The position numbers were made by a program, and so were the translations under genes. A stretch of 64,000 nucleotides of DNA, from positions 8,520 to 72,519 of the forward strand of contig SFNQ01000014.1 in NCBI GenBank assembly GCA_004554165.1. Direction: 5' to 3'. The notes under the pieces are model-generated. The model saw nothing but the letters and a program-made list of their open reading frames with translations. It was not told the origin of the DNA and searched no databases. Of this stretch, positions 38,406-49,151 are shown piece by piece. Every line of letters starts with the position of its first letter. Within the stretch, counting starts at the first letter, position 1. This DNA comes from Clostridiales bacterium. Lineage in GTDB: Bacteria > Bacillota > Clostridia > Christensenellales > CAG-138.

Positions 38406-40373
38406 TCAGCGCTGCTGACGTTCCGCCATCTCTTCAAAGACGGACTGCCTGCGGTTGAAGTCGGCGTTTTCAAAGATGTATTCCTTGCGGGACTGGACCT
38501 TGTCGCCCATGAGCACCGTGACCTTGTGCTCCACGTCCGCCGCGTCCTCAATGGTTACGCGCACCAGCGCCCGGTGCTCCGGGTTCATTGTCGTCTCCCA
38601 GAGCTGCTCCGGGTTCATTTCGCCCAGACCCTTGTAGCGCTGGATGGTATAGCCGCGGCCCAGCCGCTTTGTGGCGGCCTTGAGCTCCTGATCGTCGTAG
38701 CAGTAGATGTGCTGATCCCCCTTTGCCACGCGGTAGAGGGGGGACAGTCCGATGTAGACATGCCCGTCCATGATGAGCTCCTTCATATAGCGGTAAAAGA
38801 AGGTCAGCAGGATGGCCCGGATGTGCGCGCCGTCCTGATCCGCGTCGGAGAGGATGATCACCTTGTCGTACTTGAGCGAGAGCAGGTCGAAATCCTCGCC
38901 GATGCCGGTGCCCAGCGCGGTGATGATGGAGCGGAACTCATCGTTCTGAAGCACCTGATCCAGCCGCTTTTTCTCCACGTTCAGCGGTTTTCCGCGCAGC
39001 GGCAGGATGGCCTGAAAGCGCCGGTCGCGCCCCTGCTTGGCGCTGCCGCCCGCGCTGTCGCCCTCCACGAGGAAGAGCTCGTTGATGGCGGCGTTGCGGC
39101 CGGTGCAGCTGGAGAGCTTTCCCACCAGCGGCGCGTTCTCCAGCTTGTTCTTCTCGCGGGCGTTGGCCTTGGCCTTGCGCGCGGCCTCCCGCACCTTGGC
39201 GGACTTGACGGCCTTTTCGGCGATCCTGTTCACCGTTTCGGTGTTCTTCATGTCCTCCAGGAAGGGCGTCAGCTGTTCTGCAATCACCGCCTCCACCGCC
39301 GGCCGCGCCTCGGTGTTGCCCAGCTTTGTCTTGGTCTGCCCCTCAAACTGGATGCTGCGCATCTTGAGTGAGAGCACGGCGGTAATGCCCTCGCGGAAGT
39401 CCTCGCCAGCCAGCGGCGCGTCCTTCTCCTTCAGGATGCCCTGCCTGCGGCAGTAATCGTTCATCACCTTGGTGAAGGCGGCCTTAAAGCCCGTCTCATG
39501 CGTGCCGCCCTCGGTGGTGGGAATGTTGTTGACATAGGAAAAGATATTGTCCGCGTAGCCGTCGTTGTGCTGAAACGCCAGCTCCACCAGGATGTCGCCG
39601 CTCCTGCCCTGAATATGGATGGGCGGGGCGTAGAGGGCGGTCTTGTCCGCGTTCATGTAGGAAACAAAGTCGGAAATGCCGCCGTCATATTTGTATTCGA
39701 CCGTGCGGCGCTCGCCCTGCTCGCGCTCGTCGGTAAAGGTCAGCCTAACGCCGCGGTTCAGGTAGGCCAGCTCCCGCAGGCGCTTTGCCACGGTTTCATA
39801 ATGCATGGACACGGTCTCAAACACCCGCGCGTCCGGCAGGAAGGTCACCACCGTACCCTGCTTGCGCGTGCGCCCCGTCTCGGTCAGCGGGACCTTCGTC
39901 TTGCCGGAGACGATGCGGCCCGTCTCATCCGGCTCGGAGGCGAATTCAATGCGGTAGGCGCGGTTTTCGTAGTAAACCTCCACGTTCAGCCACCGGGAAA
40001 GCGCGTTCACCACGGACGCGCCCACCCCGTGCAGGCCGCCGGAGTAGCCATAGGAATCATTGCCGAATTTGCCGCCCGCGTGGAGCTGCGTAAACACCAC
40101 CTCCACGCCAGAGACATGCAGCTTTTCATGGATGCCCACCGGAATGCCCCGGCCGTTGTCCGCCACGGTAACGGAATTGTCCCTGTGGATGCACACGCTG
40201 ATCTCGTTGGCATAGCCGTTGGCCGCCTCGTCGATGGCGTTATCCACGATCTCCCAGAGCAGATGGTGCAGACCGCGCTGCCCGGTGGAACCGATGTACA
40301 TGCCCGGCCGCATGCGCACCGCGTCCAGGCCCTCCATCACCTTAATGCTGGAAACGTTATACTCCTGCGCCAT
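38406..40373 (-). CDS. parE: type IIA topoisomerase subunit B (ParE / GyrB-like)
   Basis: [32 protein letters not shown] and the Toprim motifs [20 protein letters not shown] and PLRGK.LNVEK. Start set to ATG 40373 ([12 protein letters not shown]). Confidence 0.85.
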   Translation of the reverse strand: MAQEYNVSSIKVMEGLDAVRMRPGMYIGSTGQRGLHHLLWEIVDNAIDEAANGYANEISVCIHRDNSVTVADNGRGIPVGIHEKLHVSGVEVVFTQLHAGGKFGNDSYGYSGGLHGVGASVVNALSRWLNVEVYYENRAYRIEFASEPDETGRIVSGKTKVPLTETGRTRKQGTVVTFLPDARVFETVSMHYETVAKRLRELAYLNRGVRLTFTDEREQGERRTVEYKYDGGISDFVSYMNADKTALYAPPIHIQGRSGDILVELAFQHNDGYADNIFSYVNNIPTTEGGTHETGFKAAFTKVMNDYCRRQGILKEKDAPLAGEDFREGITAVLSLKMRSIQFEGQTKTKLGNTEARPAVEAVIAEQLTPFLEDMKNTETVNRIAEKAVKSAKVREAARKAKANAREKNKLENAPLVGKLSSCTGRNAAINELFLVEGDSAGGSAKQGRDRRFQAILPLRGKPLNVEKKRLDQVLQNDEFRSIITALGTGIGEDFDLLSLKYDKVIILSDADQDGAHIRAILLTFFYRYMKELIMDGHVYIGLSPLYRVAKGDQHIYCYDDQELKAATKRLGRGYTIQRYKGLGEMNPEQLWETTMNPEHRALVRVTIEDAADVEHKVTVLMGDKVQSRKEYIFENADFNRRQSVFEEMAERQQR

Positions 40374-40539
40374 AATACCCCCGCAAGGGGAGGGTTTTCC
40401 CCTCCGAAATCGATCGATCACCAGATATGGCGATACTTTCACCATAGTATACCACATTTAGTGGTTTCTCATTTTGAACGCAAGCCATTTTGGGATAAGT
40501 TTATAAAATGTTTAAATTTTTACATGGAAATGATTGCAA

Positions 40540-40573
40540 AAGTGGTGACAAGTGGGGTGAAATGGTGTATACT
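40540..40573 (+). promoter_or_regulatory. Pmra promoter overlapped by three phased MraZ-box repeats
   Basis: aaGTGGTgac / aaGTGGGgtg / aaATGGTgta at exact 10-bp spacing (40540-40569). -35-like GTGACA (40545-40550), 17 nt, TATACT (40568-40573). 55 nt upstream of mraZ. Confidence 0.6.
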
Positions 40574-40627
40574 TGAAAAGCAAAATTCTGTCGGTGTATC
40601 ATGCTGAGGAGAGGAGAGAAGGCGCCC

Positions 40628-41074
40628 ATGCTCATCGGTTCGTTTGCACATGCGCTGGACGCCAAGGGCCGCGTCTTCATCCCCGCAAAATGGCGAGAAA
40701 CCCTGGGCGACGTTCTGGTCGTTACACAGGGCCTTCTGGCGGATCGGGACCTGACATGCCTTTTCGGCATGTCTGTGGGAGAGTGGGACCAGTTCTCCGC
40801 GCGCCTTGCGCAGCTGCCGCTGACCGATATGGCCGGTCAGGCCGTGCGCCGCAGGCTGTACGCCACCGCCTCCGCCTGCGAGATCGATCGCCAGGGCCGC
40901 ATCCTTCTGCCGGCGCAGCTTCGCGAGCTGTCGGCCATCCAGAAGGACGTTACGCTCATCGGCATCGGCAATCGCATCGAACTCTGGGAGCCGGGGCAGC
41001 TGGCGCGCCACAGCGCGGCCATGGAGTCTGATTTCGAGGCGGCGCTCCAGCACCTTTCGCAGGTTGGCATATGA
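40628..41074 (+). CDS. mraZ: transcriptional regulator MraZ
   Basis: MLIGSFAHALDAKGRVFIPAKWRE and a second SpoVT/AbrB-like repeat IDRQGRILLPAQLRE. First gene of the dcw cluster. Confidence 0.92.
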   Translation: MLIGSFAHALDAKGRVFIPAKWRETLGDVLVVTQGLLADRDLTCLFGMSVGEWDQFSARLAQLPLTDMAGQAVRRRLYATASACEIDRQGRILLPAQLRELSAIQKDVTLIGIGNRIELWEPGQLARHSAAMESDFEAALQHLSQVGI

Positions 41075-42006
41075 CGTTTTCTCACGTTCCCGTACTTCTG
41101 GACGAGGTCATGCACTTCCTCGCGCCGGAGCGCGGCGGTATTTTTGTGGACGGTACGCTGGGGGGCGGCGGGCACGCCGAAGCCCTGCTCTCCCGCCTGC
41201 CGGCAACGGGGCGGCTCGTTGGAATCGACCGGGATTGGGAGGCCCTCGCGGCCGCCGGAGAGCGCCTTCGCCCCTTTGGCGGGCGTTTTACCGCGATACA
41301 CGGCAACTTTTTTGACCTGCCGCAACTGCTCGCGTCACTTGACATCCGGGGGGTTGACGGTATATTATTCGATTTCGGCGTATCCTCGCATCAGCTCGAC
41401 ACTGCGGAGCGGGGGTTTTCCTACCATGCGGATGCGCCGCTGGATATGCGCATGGATCGAACCGCGCCCCTGACCGCGCGGGATGTCGTCAACGGCTACT
41501 CCTTCGAGCAGCTCTGCCGCATCCTTCGCGAATACGGGGAGGAACGGTTCGCTTCGCGTATCGCGGACCGAATCGTGCGTGAGCGGCAGCGCTCGCCCAT
41601 CGAAACCACGGCAGAGCTTGCCGCGCTGGTGCGCGCGGCCATGCCGAAGAAGAGCCGCATGGAGGCCCAGCATCCCGCGCGGCGCACCTTCCAGGCGATC
41701 CGCATCGAGGTCAACGGCGAGCTTGCGGGGCTTCGCGAGGCCGTGGACCGGGCGCATGAGCTGCTGAACCCCGGCGGGAGGCTCGTAATCCTCACCTTCC
41801 ATTCGCTGGAGGACCGCATCGTCAAGCAGGCGTTCCGCTCCTATGAGAAGCCCTGCACCTGCCCGCCCGGAGCGCCGGTCTGCATCTGCGGTAAGCGCCC
41901 CACAGCGCGAATCCTGACCAGAAAGCCCGTCACCGGCACGGAGGCGGAGCTTTCCCGAAATTCGCGCGCGGCTTCGGCAAAACTCCGTGCCATAGAAAAG
42001 CTGTAA
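41071..42006 (+). CDS. rsmH: 16S rRNA (cytosine1402-N4)-methyltransferase
   Basis: HVPVLL.EV...L......I.VDGTLGGGGHAEALL, D.GVSS.QLD...RGFS and FHSLEDRIVK motifs. ATGA overlap with mraZ. Confidence 0.95.
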   Translation: MTFSHVPVLLDEVMHFLAPERGGIFVDGTLGGGGHAEALLSRLPATGRLVGIDRDWEALAAAGERLRPFGGRFTAIHGNFFDLPQLLASLDIRGVDGILFDFGVSSHQLDTAERGFSYHADAPLDMRMDRTAPLTARDVVNGYSFEQLCRILREYGEERFASRIADRIVRERQRSPIETTAELAALVRAAMPKKSRMEAQHPARRTFQAIRIEVNGELAGLREAVDRAHELLNPGGRLVILTFHSLEDRIVKQAFRSYEKPCTCPPGAPVCICGKRPTARILTRKPVTGTEAELSRNSRAASAKLRAIEKL

Positions 42007-42038
42007 CCTGCATATGTGTAGGAAAGGAGGACCCGTCC

Positions 42039-42632
42039 ATGGCAGCGCGGTTTGAAAAGGACAGCCGCCGGACAAAAAATCCCGGCACGCGGCTCTATAC
42101 GCCCACGCGGGACAGCGCCGCCTACGCCTACGACCCGGAAACGGGCGAGCGCACGGAGGGGATTCCGGCCCAGGGAGACGGGCGCACACGCCCCGTTCCC
42201 ATTCGCGTACAGCGGGAGATGAACACGCTCGAACGCATCGGCATCATGTTCTGCGCCTTTGTGTTCGCCGGCATGATCATCTTCATTCTCTCAGGCTATG
42301 AGCGGATTTCCCGCGCCTATGCCGATATCAACACGCTCAATGACGAGATTGAGGACGTGAACCTCCATATCTCCGAGCTGAACGTTGCCATCGAGTGTGC
42401 CGTCACCATCCAGCAGGCCGAGGCCGCGGCCCTTGCCGCAGGCATGACCTACCCGACGCAGGCGCAGAGCCTGCAAATTGGCGATCCCCTGCCCGCCATC
42501 GGCACGGGAACCGCCGGCACACCCTCGGGCAGCGACCCGACAACGGCGGCCGGTACGCCCACAGGCGAGGATCCGGCGGTCACCAACGGGGACGGGGACG
42601 GCGACGGCGCCTCCCCCGAAGGCGGCGAATAG
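42039..42632 (+). CDS. ftsL: FtsL/DivIC-like cell-division protein with long N-terminal and low-complexity C-terminal regions
   Basis: Position after rsmH, a single TM (IGIMFCAFVFAGMIIFIL) followed by the coiled-coil INTLNDEIEDVNLHISELNVAIE. RBS aaggagg. Confidence 0.6.
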   Translation: MAARFEKDSRRTKNPGTRLYTPTRDSAAYAYDPETGERTEGIPAQGDGRTRPVPIRVQREMNTLERIGIMFCAFVFAGMIIFILSGYERISRAYADINTLNDEIEDVNLHISELNVAIECAVTIQQAEAAALAAGMTYPTQAQSLQIGDPLPAIGTGTAGTPSGSDPTTAAGTPTGEDPAVTNGDGDGDGASPEGGE

Positions 42633-42685
42633 GCCCCGCCCTTTCGTCCGGCCACGGTGCTTCCCCGGGAAAGGAGAGCGGCCGT

Positions 42686-44953
42686 ATGGCAGCATCACCC
42701 ACACCGAAAATCAAGCAGAAGCTTGTGATTTTGCTCGCCATAATGGCGGTTGTCTTTCTGCTGCTGTCGCTGCGGCTTTTGCAGGTGTCGCTGATTCTCG
42801 GCGAGGATTACGCGGAGCGCGCCGCCCGCCAGCATACCCGCAGCACGGCTTTGACCGCCCAGCGCGGCCGGATTCTCGACCGCAGCGGCATCGTGCTGGC
42901 CCAAAGCGGCACCTCCTACCGCGTGCTGGTCAACCCGCAGGTGATCCCGGAAGCCGAGCGCGTCCGCATCTCCATCGAGGTGTCGGATGTGCTGGGCCTC
43001 AGTTACGACTATGTGTACGAGCGCGTCTGCCGCATTGAAAAGCAGCAGATCGTGCTCAAGCGTCAGGTGGAGAGCGAGATCGTCGACCAGCTCACCGCGT
43101 TGCAGCTGGGCGGCGGCATCAGCTTCTCGGCCGACATGAAGCGCTACTATCCCATGGGCAGCCTGTTCTCCCAGCTTCTGGGCTTTACCGGCACGGACGG
43201 CGAGGGGCAGACGGGCATCGAGGCCTCGTATGACGAATATCTGGCCGGCGTCAACGGCAAGCTGGTCACCGAGGTGGACCGCAACAACAACGCCCTCCCC
43301 TACGGCCAGGAGGACTACTTCCCGCCCACGGACGGCTACGACATGACGCTGACGGTGGATTCCGTGGCCCAGTCCTATCTGGAGACAGCCGTGGCAGAGT
43401 GCTATGCGGTCAACAACGCCAAGCAGGTCACGGCCCTGCTCATGAATCCGTCCACCGGCGAGATTCTCGGCTCCACCACCTACCCCACCTTTGACCTGAA
43501 CGCCCCGCCGCGCAACGACGTCACAGCTCTGCTGGAGATGTCGCGCAACCGCTCGGTGTCCGAAACTTTTGAGCCCGGCTCGATCTTCAAGATCGTTACG
43601 CTGGCCGCAGCGCTGGATTCCGGCGCGGTCACCCCATCGGACACCTTCTCTTGCAAAGGCTACGAGATGTACGGGTTCGAGCGCGTGCGCTGCTGGAAAA
43701 GCGGCGGCCACGGCACGCAGACGCTGGAGAAGGCCGTGCAGAACTCCTGCAACTGCGCCTTTATGCAGATGGCGCAGAAGATGGGCGTGGATACGCTCTA
43801 CGATTACATCTATGCCTTCGGCTTCGGCGCGTCTACCGAGTGCGGCATTCCCGGCGAGGACGAGGGCGAGATCATCCACCGCAAGTACATCCGCGATGCG
43901 GACCTTGCGCGCGTTGCTTTCGGCCAGAGCGTCACGGTCACGCCGATCCAGATGCTGACCGCCGCCTGCGCCGCCATCAACGGGGGCGTACTGATGCAGC
44001 CCTATGTTGTGGACAGCATCACCGCCACCGACGGCACCGTCATCAAGGAGAACCAGCCCACGGAGCTGCGGCGCGTCATCTCCTCCGAAACCTCAAAGAC
44101 CGTCCGCGAGATTCTGAGGACGGTGGTGGAATCCGGCAGCGGCAGCAACGCCCAGGTATTGGGCTACAGCGTCGGCGGCAAGACCGGCACCGCGCAGAAG
44201 TACGACGAGAACGGCAAGGTTTCCAGCACGCTGCTGATCGCCTCCTTCATCGGCTTTTTGCCCACGAGCAACCCGCAGCTGGCCTGCCTGATTATGGTTG
44301 ACGAACCGCAGGTGCCCGTGGTCTACGGAAGCACCGTGGCCGCGCCCTGGGTGGGTACGGTCTTTCAGGATCTCGTGCAGTATTACAGCATTATGCCGGA
44401 CAACGGCGGCATTGAGACGCGCACCGTACCGGACGTTGTGGGCATGACCGTGGGTGACGCGGCGGCCGCCCTGAACGACCAGGGGCTTCTGACCACAACG
44501 CTGGAATCCGAGGTCAACGCGGGCGCTGTTGTGGTCACGCAGATTCCCGCCGCCGGCACGGAAGTCCCCCGGCGCAGCCAGGTCATTCTCTACACCACCA
44601 TGACCACCTTCTCCTCCGAGGGCGGGGAGGAACCCATCCTTGTGGAGGTGCCGGACCTTTCCAATATGCGCCGTCAGGACGCCTATGACGCGCTGGCAGC
44701 GCTGGGGCTCACGCTCAATTATGACAGGAGCTTCTGCCTCGGCCTCATCATCGGCCAGTCCGTGCAGGCCGGCGCGCTGGTTGAGCCGGGCACGGAGATT
44801 TTCGTAACCTTCAACGGCTATTACGCGGCTTCCAACGCCACGCCCTCGCCGGAACCCTTCACCGCGACGCTGGATCCGGGCGCATCCACGCCCGATCCGA
44901 ACGCGCCAACGCCGGACCCGAACGCAACGCCAACGCCGCCCATCATCGAATGA
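42686..44953 (+). CDS. ftsI: class B penicillin-binding protein (FtsI/SpoVD-like) with two PASTA domains
   Basis: TM anchor, PBP dimerisation region, transpeptidase motifs (SIFK = SxxK, SCN = SxN, KTGTA = KTG), two C-terminal PASTA repeats and a P/T/D-rich tail. Confidence 0.9.
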   Translation: MAASPTPKIKQKLVILLAIMAVVFLLLSLRLLQVSLILGEDYAERAARQHTRSTALTAQRGRILDRSGIVLAQSGTSYRVLVNPQVIPEAERVRISIEVSDVLGLSYDYVYERVCRIEKQQIVLKRQVESEIVDQLTALQLGGGISFSADMKRYYPMGSLFSQLLGFTGTDGEGQTGIEASYDEYLAGVNGKLVTEVDRNNNALPYGQEDYFPPTDGYDMTLTVDSVAQSYLETAVAECYAVNNAKQVTALLMNPSTGEILGSTTYPTFDLNAPPRNDVTALLEMSRNRSVSETFEPGSIFKIVTLAAALDSGAVTPSDTFSCKGYEMYGFERVRCWKSGGHGTQTLEKAVQNSCNCAFMQMAQKMGVDTLYDYIYAFGFGASTECGIPGEDEGEIIHRKYIRDADLARVAFGQSVTVTPIQMLTAACAAINGGVLMQPYVVDSITATDGTVIKENQPTELRRVISSETSKTVREILRTVVESGSGSNAQVLGYSVGGKTGTAQKYDENGKVSSTLLIASFIGFLPTSNPQLACLIMVDEPQVPVVYGSTVAAPWVGTVFQDLVQYYSIMPDNGGIETRTVPDVVGMTVGDAAAALNDQGLLTTTLESEVNAGAVVVTQIPAAGTEVPRRSQVILYTTMTTFSSEGGEEPILVEVPDLSNMRRQDAYDALAALGLTLNYDRSFCLGLIIGQSVQAGALVEPGTEIFVTFNGYYAASNATPSPEPFTATLDPGASTPDPNAPTPDPNATPTPPIIE

Positions 44954-45029
44954 GCGGCAGGATGGAATATGCGGCAGCGCCGCGCAGCAACGCCAGCTTT
45001 GGCATCATTCATTCAGGGAGGTACAGACC

Positions 45030-46472
45030 ATGCTGTTATCTGAACTTGCCATGACCACGGGACTTCGCTATATGGGTCGGGACGTGGACATCGTTTCCAT
45101 CGAGTACGATTCCCGCAGGGTCAAGCCCGGGAGCATGTTCTGCTGCATCGTCGGGCAGCTCTTTGATGGACATGCCTTTGCCGAAGCCGCGGCGCAGGCC
45201 GGGGCCGTGGCATTTCTCACGGAGCGGGAGCTGCCGCTGGACCTGCCCCAGATCATCGTAAAAAACGCCAGAAAGGCCATGGCCGAAATGGCCGCGGCTT
45301 TCTACGGCTATCCCCAGCGCGAGATGCAGATGCTGGGCGTAACCGGAACCAACGGCAAGACCACCACCACCTACATGCTCAAGGCCATCGCAGAGCATGC
45401 CGGCAAGAAGGTGGGCATCATCGGCACCATCCGCAACATGATCGGCCAGGAAAGCCTGCCCACCGACCGCACCACACCGGAGTCGGTGGATCTGTTCCGG
45501 CTGCTGCGCGTCATGGCGGACGCCCGGGTGGATCTTGTGGTGATGGAGGTCTCCTCCCACGCGCTGGAGCAATACCGCGTACACGGCATCCGCTTCGACG
45601 TGGCCCTGTTTACCAACCTGACCCAGGATCATCTTGATTACCACAAGACCTTCGACAACTACCTCGCCGCCAAGAAGCTCCTCTTTCAGAACGCGAAAAA
45701 GGCCGTCGTCAACGTGGACGATCCCTATGCCGGCCGCATCATGGAGGGGCTTTCGATCCCGATCCTCACCTTTGGCGTGCGGGATCGGGCGGACCTTGCG
45801 GCCTCCAATATCGATATCACCACCGCAGGCGTTCAGTTTGACCTGCATACCCCCGCGGGCGACTGCCGCATGAACCTGCCCATCCCCGGTCTGTTCTCCG
45901 TGTTCAACGCCATGGGGTCCGTGGGCCTTGGACTGTCCATCGGCGTGCGGCTGGACTGCATCAAGGAGGGGCTTGAGTCCATGACCAGCGTTTCCGGCCG
46001 TCTGGAGGCGGTTACAGCGGGCAAAAACATTCCTTTTTCCGTATTTGTGGACTATGCGCACACGCCCGATGCGCTTGAAAACGTGCTCAAAACCGTGCGG
46101 GAGTTTGCAAAACGCCGCGTCATCTGCGTCTTCGGCTGCGGCGGCAACCGCGACCGCGCCAAGCGCCCCATCATGGGCGAGATCGCGGGGCGCTTCTCCG
46201 ATTTTGCCATCATCACCTCGGACAACCCGCGCAACGAAAACCCGATGGATATCATCGAGACCATCGAGGAAGGCGTGAAGCGTTCCGGGGCAAACTATAC
46301 CGTGATCGAAAACCGCAGGGACGCCATCGCCCACGCGCTGGACATCGCCCAGCCGGACGACGTCGTCCTGATTGCGGGCAAGGGCCACGAGAACTATCAG
46401 GAGATCAACGGCACCAAGTACCATTTCGACGACAAAGAAATTGTGGAGGAGCTTCTTTTGAAGCGCGTTTAA
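45030..46472 (+). CDS. murE: UDP-N-acetylmuramoyl-L-alanyl-D-glutamate--2,6-diaminopimelate ligase
   Basis: GVTGTNGKTTT P-loop, DYAHTPDAL, and a DNPR motif (SDNPRNE) indicating meso-DAP specificity. Confidence 0.9.
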   Translation: MLLSELAMTTGLRYMGRDVDIVSIEYDSRRVKPGSMFCCIVGQLFDGHAFAEAAAQAGAVAFLTERELPLDLPQIIVKNARKAMAEMAAAFYGYPQREMQMLGVTGTNGKTTTTYMLKAIAEHAGKKVGIIGTIRNMIGQESLPTDRTTPESVDLFRLLRVMADARVDLVVMEVSSHALEQYRVHGIRFDVALFTNLTQDHLDYHKTFDNYLAAKKLLFQNAKKAVVNVDDPYAGRIMEGLSIPILTFGVRDRADLAASNIDITTAGVQFDLHTPAGDCRMNLPIPGLFSVFNAMGSVGLGLSIGVRLDCIKEGLESMTSVSGRLEAVTAGKNIPFSVFVDYAHTPDALENVLKTVREFAKRRVICVFGCGGNRDRAKRPIMGEIAGRFSDFAIITSDNPRNENPMDIIETIEEGVKRSGANYTVIENRRDAIAHALDIAQPDDVVLIAGKGHENYQEINGTKYHFDDKEIVEELLLKRV

Positions 46473-46478
46473 GGGTTT

Positions 46479-47489
46479 ATGTTTACCTATCTGCTCACCG
46501 CGCTCGTCGCGTTCGCCCTGATGCTTGTGCTGGGGCCCATCCTCATCCCCCTGCTGCACCGCCTGAAATTCGGCCAGGTGGAGCGGGAGGAAGGCCCCGC
46601 TTCCCACAAGCAGAAGCAGGGCACGCCCACCATGGGCGGCATCGCCTTTCTGATCGCAATTCTCATCGCGACGCTGCTGTTCGGCATGTCCGGCATGGAG
46701 TTTACGCTGCCGGCGCTGCTGGCCACCTTTGCTTTCGGCCTTGTGGGCTTTCTGGACGACTTCATCAAGGTCAAGCTCCGCAGAAACCTGGGCCTTCGCG
46801 CCTATCAGAAGATCATCGCGCAGCTGGGCATTTCCTTTGTCATCGCCTTCTGGGCCTACCGCTCGCCCTTTATCGGTTCAACGCTGTATCTGCCCTTCTC
46901 CGGCGGAAGCTGGGATCTGGGCGTCTGGTACATCCCCGCCATGATGTTCGTCATCATTGCAGAGGTCAACGCCGTGAACCTGACGGACGGACTGGACGGC
47001 CTTTCCTCCAGCGTTACGCTGGTCTATGCGCTGGCCATGGCGGTGATGTTCTCCATTCTCGGCAGAAGCGCAACCGCCCTCGGCGAGGTTCTCTACGGCG
47101 TGAATCTGGAGAGCATGGCCATTTTCTCAATGGCGGTGGTCGGCGCGCTGCTGGGCTTTCTGCGCTACAACTGCTATCCTGCGCGGGTATTTATGGGCGA
47201 TACCGGTTCGCTGGCGCTGGGCGGCGTCGTCTCGGTGCTGGCCATCTGCTCCCGCTCTGTGCTGCTGCTGCCGGTGATGGGAATCTGCTTTGTGGGCTCT
47301 GCCGTTTCGGTGGTGCTTCAAGTAGGCTCCTACAAGCTGCGCCACGGCAAGCGTATTTTCAAAATGGCGCCGCTGCACCATCACTTCGAGCTCTCCGGCA
47401 TGCATGAGGCCCGCATCGTGACCATGTACACCATCGTCACGGCGGTCTGCTGCGCGGCCTGTCTTGTCCTCTTCCTCATGCCCCGCTAG
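46479..47489 (+). CDS. mraY: phospho-N-acetylmuramoyl-pentapeptide transferase
   Basis: K.GTPTMGG, NLTDGLDGL, GDTGSLALGG and APLHHHFE motifs. Confidence 0.96.
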   Translation: MFTYLLTALVAFALMLVLGPILIPLLHRLKFGQVEREEGPASHKQKQGTPTMGGIAFLIAILIATLLFGMSGMEFTLPALLATFAFGLVGFLDDFIKVKLRRNLGLRAYQKIIAQLGISFVIAFWAYRSPFIGSTLYLPFSGGSWDLGVWYIPAMMFVIIAEVNAVNLTDGLDGLSSSVTLVYALAMAVMFSILGRSATALGEVLYGVNLESMAIFSMAVVGALLGFLRYNCYPARVFMGDTGSLALGGVVSVLAICSRSVLLLPVMGICFVGSAVSVVLQVGSYKLRHGKRIFKMAPLHHHFELSGMHEARIVTMYTIVTAVCCAACLVLFLMPR

Positions 47490-47625
47490 ACTGCGGCGGC
47501 AAAACGGTTTTCCGCTGCACGGGCACGGCCTTTCTGCGCCCGCTGCGGCTTCTTTGTCTCAGCGGGGCCTGCGCTCATGGCAGCTTCGGCCCGCGCGCAC
47601 TACAGAGTTTGCGGAGGTGATCCCC

Positions 47626-48999
47626 TTGGAACGCAATGCGGAGCGGCAAAGGACAGCGCTCATCGTCGGCATGGCAAAGAGCGGCATTGGCGCCGCAAAG
47701 CTGCTGTGCCGTCAGGGCTGGCGGGTGCTGGTCAACGACAAAAAGCCCGAGATTGACGGCCTTTCCCAGGCGCTCTCCGGCGCGGCGGTGGAGCTGCACC
47801 TTGGCGAAGACCCGCTCTCCCTTCTGGACGGGGTGGAGCTTGTGGTTCCCAGCCCCATCATTCCCATGACCGTCCCCTTCCTGGCAGAAGCGCGGCGGCG
47901 GGGGATCGAAATCGTTTCGGAGATCGAGCTTGGGTACCGCTACGCGCAGGCGGAGTTTGTCTGTATCACCGGCACCAACGGCAAGACCACCTGCACTGCG
48001 CTCACGGGCGAGCTGTTCCGGGCAGGGGGCTTTCGTACCTTTGTGCTGGGCAACATCGGCGTGGCCATCACCGAGCATGCGGAGGAGACCCGGCCGGGCG
48101 ACGTCATCGTTGCGGAAACGGCGGCGCTCCAGCTGGAGGGCTGCTCGCGCTTCCATGCGCATGCTGCGGCCTGCTGCAACATCACGCCGGACCATCTGGA
48201 CCACTTCGGCACGATGGAGAACTACATCGCCGCCAAGCGCAAGGTCTTTGACAATCAAACCGGGGCGGACTTCGCGGTGCTGAACTACGACGATCCCGAG
48301 GTGCGCGCCATGGCGGCAATTACGCCCGCGCAGGCCCTGTACTTTTCCCGCAAAACCGAGGTGGAAAGGGGCATGTTCCTGCGCGACGGCATGGTGATCT
48401 GCCGTCTGGACGGCCGCGAGTTTCCGCTGCTGCCCGCAGCGGACATCCGCATCGTCGGCGGCCACAATCTTGAGAACGCGATGCTCTCGGCGCTGCTGGC
48501 CCTGTCCTGCGGCGTTTCGCCGGAAACCGTTGCCGCCGTCCTCCGCGTCTTCCCCGGCGTGGAGCATCGGATCGAGTTTGTGCGGGAGCTGGACGGCGTC
48601 GCCTACTATAACGACAGCAAGGGCACCAACCCTGCCTCCACCATCCGCGCCATTGAGGCCATGACGCGGCCCACCGTCATGCTGCTGGGCGGCTATGACA
48701 AGCACGCGGATTTTCACGAGCTGTTTGAGGTGTTTCAGCGCAGCGGCCTCATCCGGGCCATGGTGGTCATGGGGCAGACGAAGCGGCAGATTCTTGACAC
48801 AGCGGAGGAGCTGGGCATGGGCGGCCTGTGCCGGTCCGCAGAAACCTTTCGCGAGGCCGTGGATCTGGCGCGATCGCTGGCCGCGCCCGGCGACGCAGTG
48901 CTGCTCTCCCCCGCCTGTGCCAGCTGGGGCATGTTTGACAATTTTGAACAGCGGGGCAGAATTTTTAAAGAAATTGTAATATCATACGGAACAAACTGA
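47626..48999 (+). CDS. murD: UDP-N-acetylmuramoylalanine--D-glutamate ligase
   Basis: GMAKSGIGAAKLL N-terminal Rossmann fold, ITGTNGKTT P-loop and NDSKGTN. Start assigned to TTG 47626, 6 nt after ggaggtg; the ORF-track start lies inside mraY. Confidence 0.88.
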   Translation: MERNAERQRTALIVGMAKSGIGAAKLLCRQGWRVLVNDKKPEIDGLSQALSGAAVELHLGEDPLSLLDGVELVVPSPIIPMTVPFLAEARRRGIEIVSEIELGYRYAQAEFVCITGTNGKTTCTALTGELFRAGGFRTFVLGNIGVAITEHAEETRPGDVIVAETAALQLEGCSRFHAHAAACCNITPDHLDHFGTMENYIAAKRKVFDNQTGADFAVLNYDDPEVRAMAAITPAQALYFSRKTEVERGMFLRDGMVICRLDGREFPLLPAADIRIVGGHNLENAMLSALLALSCGVSPETVAAVLRVFPGVEHRIEFVRELDGVAYYNDSKGTNPASTIRAIEAMTRPTVMLLGGYDKHADFHELFEVFQRSGLIRAMVVMGQTKRQILDTAEELGMGGLCRSAETFREAVDLARSLAAPGDAVLLSPACASWGMFDNFEQRGRIFKEIVISYGTN

Positions 49000-49039
49000 A
49001 AACATTCTTCGAATTCGGGCGGCCGGGTGGTCGCCCGTC

Positions 49040-49068
49040 TTGCTATCGCATAAAGTTAATAGTATAAT
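49040..49068 (+). promoter_or_regulatory. internal dcw promoter upstream of ftsW
   Basis: TTGCTA (49040-49045), 17 nt, TATAAT (49063-49068), in the murD-ftsW spacer. Confidence 0.6.
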
Positions 49069-49151
49069 ACTTTGGTTATCGTGGGTGTGTATTCGTTCCG
49101 GTGGGCGGGCGCGTGCATGCTTCTGCATAAATCTGGAAAGGAGTGGGGCGT

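Noticed and set aside
38406-40457. Longer 683-aa version of the B-subunit topoisomerase gene, starting at 40457.
   Set aside because: The extra 28 residues (MWYTMVKVSPYLVIDRFRRGKPSPCGGI) are not part of the conserved GyrB/ParE N-terminus. Homology begins at [25 protein letters not shown] (ATG 40373).
47464-47625. ORF-track start of murD inside mraY (511-aa version), considered as a possible hidden murF remnant or gene fusion.
   Set aside because: The extra 54 codons are Arg/Pro/Ser-rich nonsense overlapping the mraY 3' end and a 137-nt spacer. MurD homology begins right after TTG 47626, which has a good RBS. No MurF motifs occur anywhere in the window.
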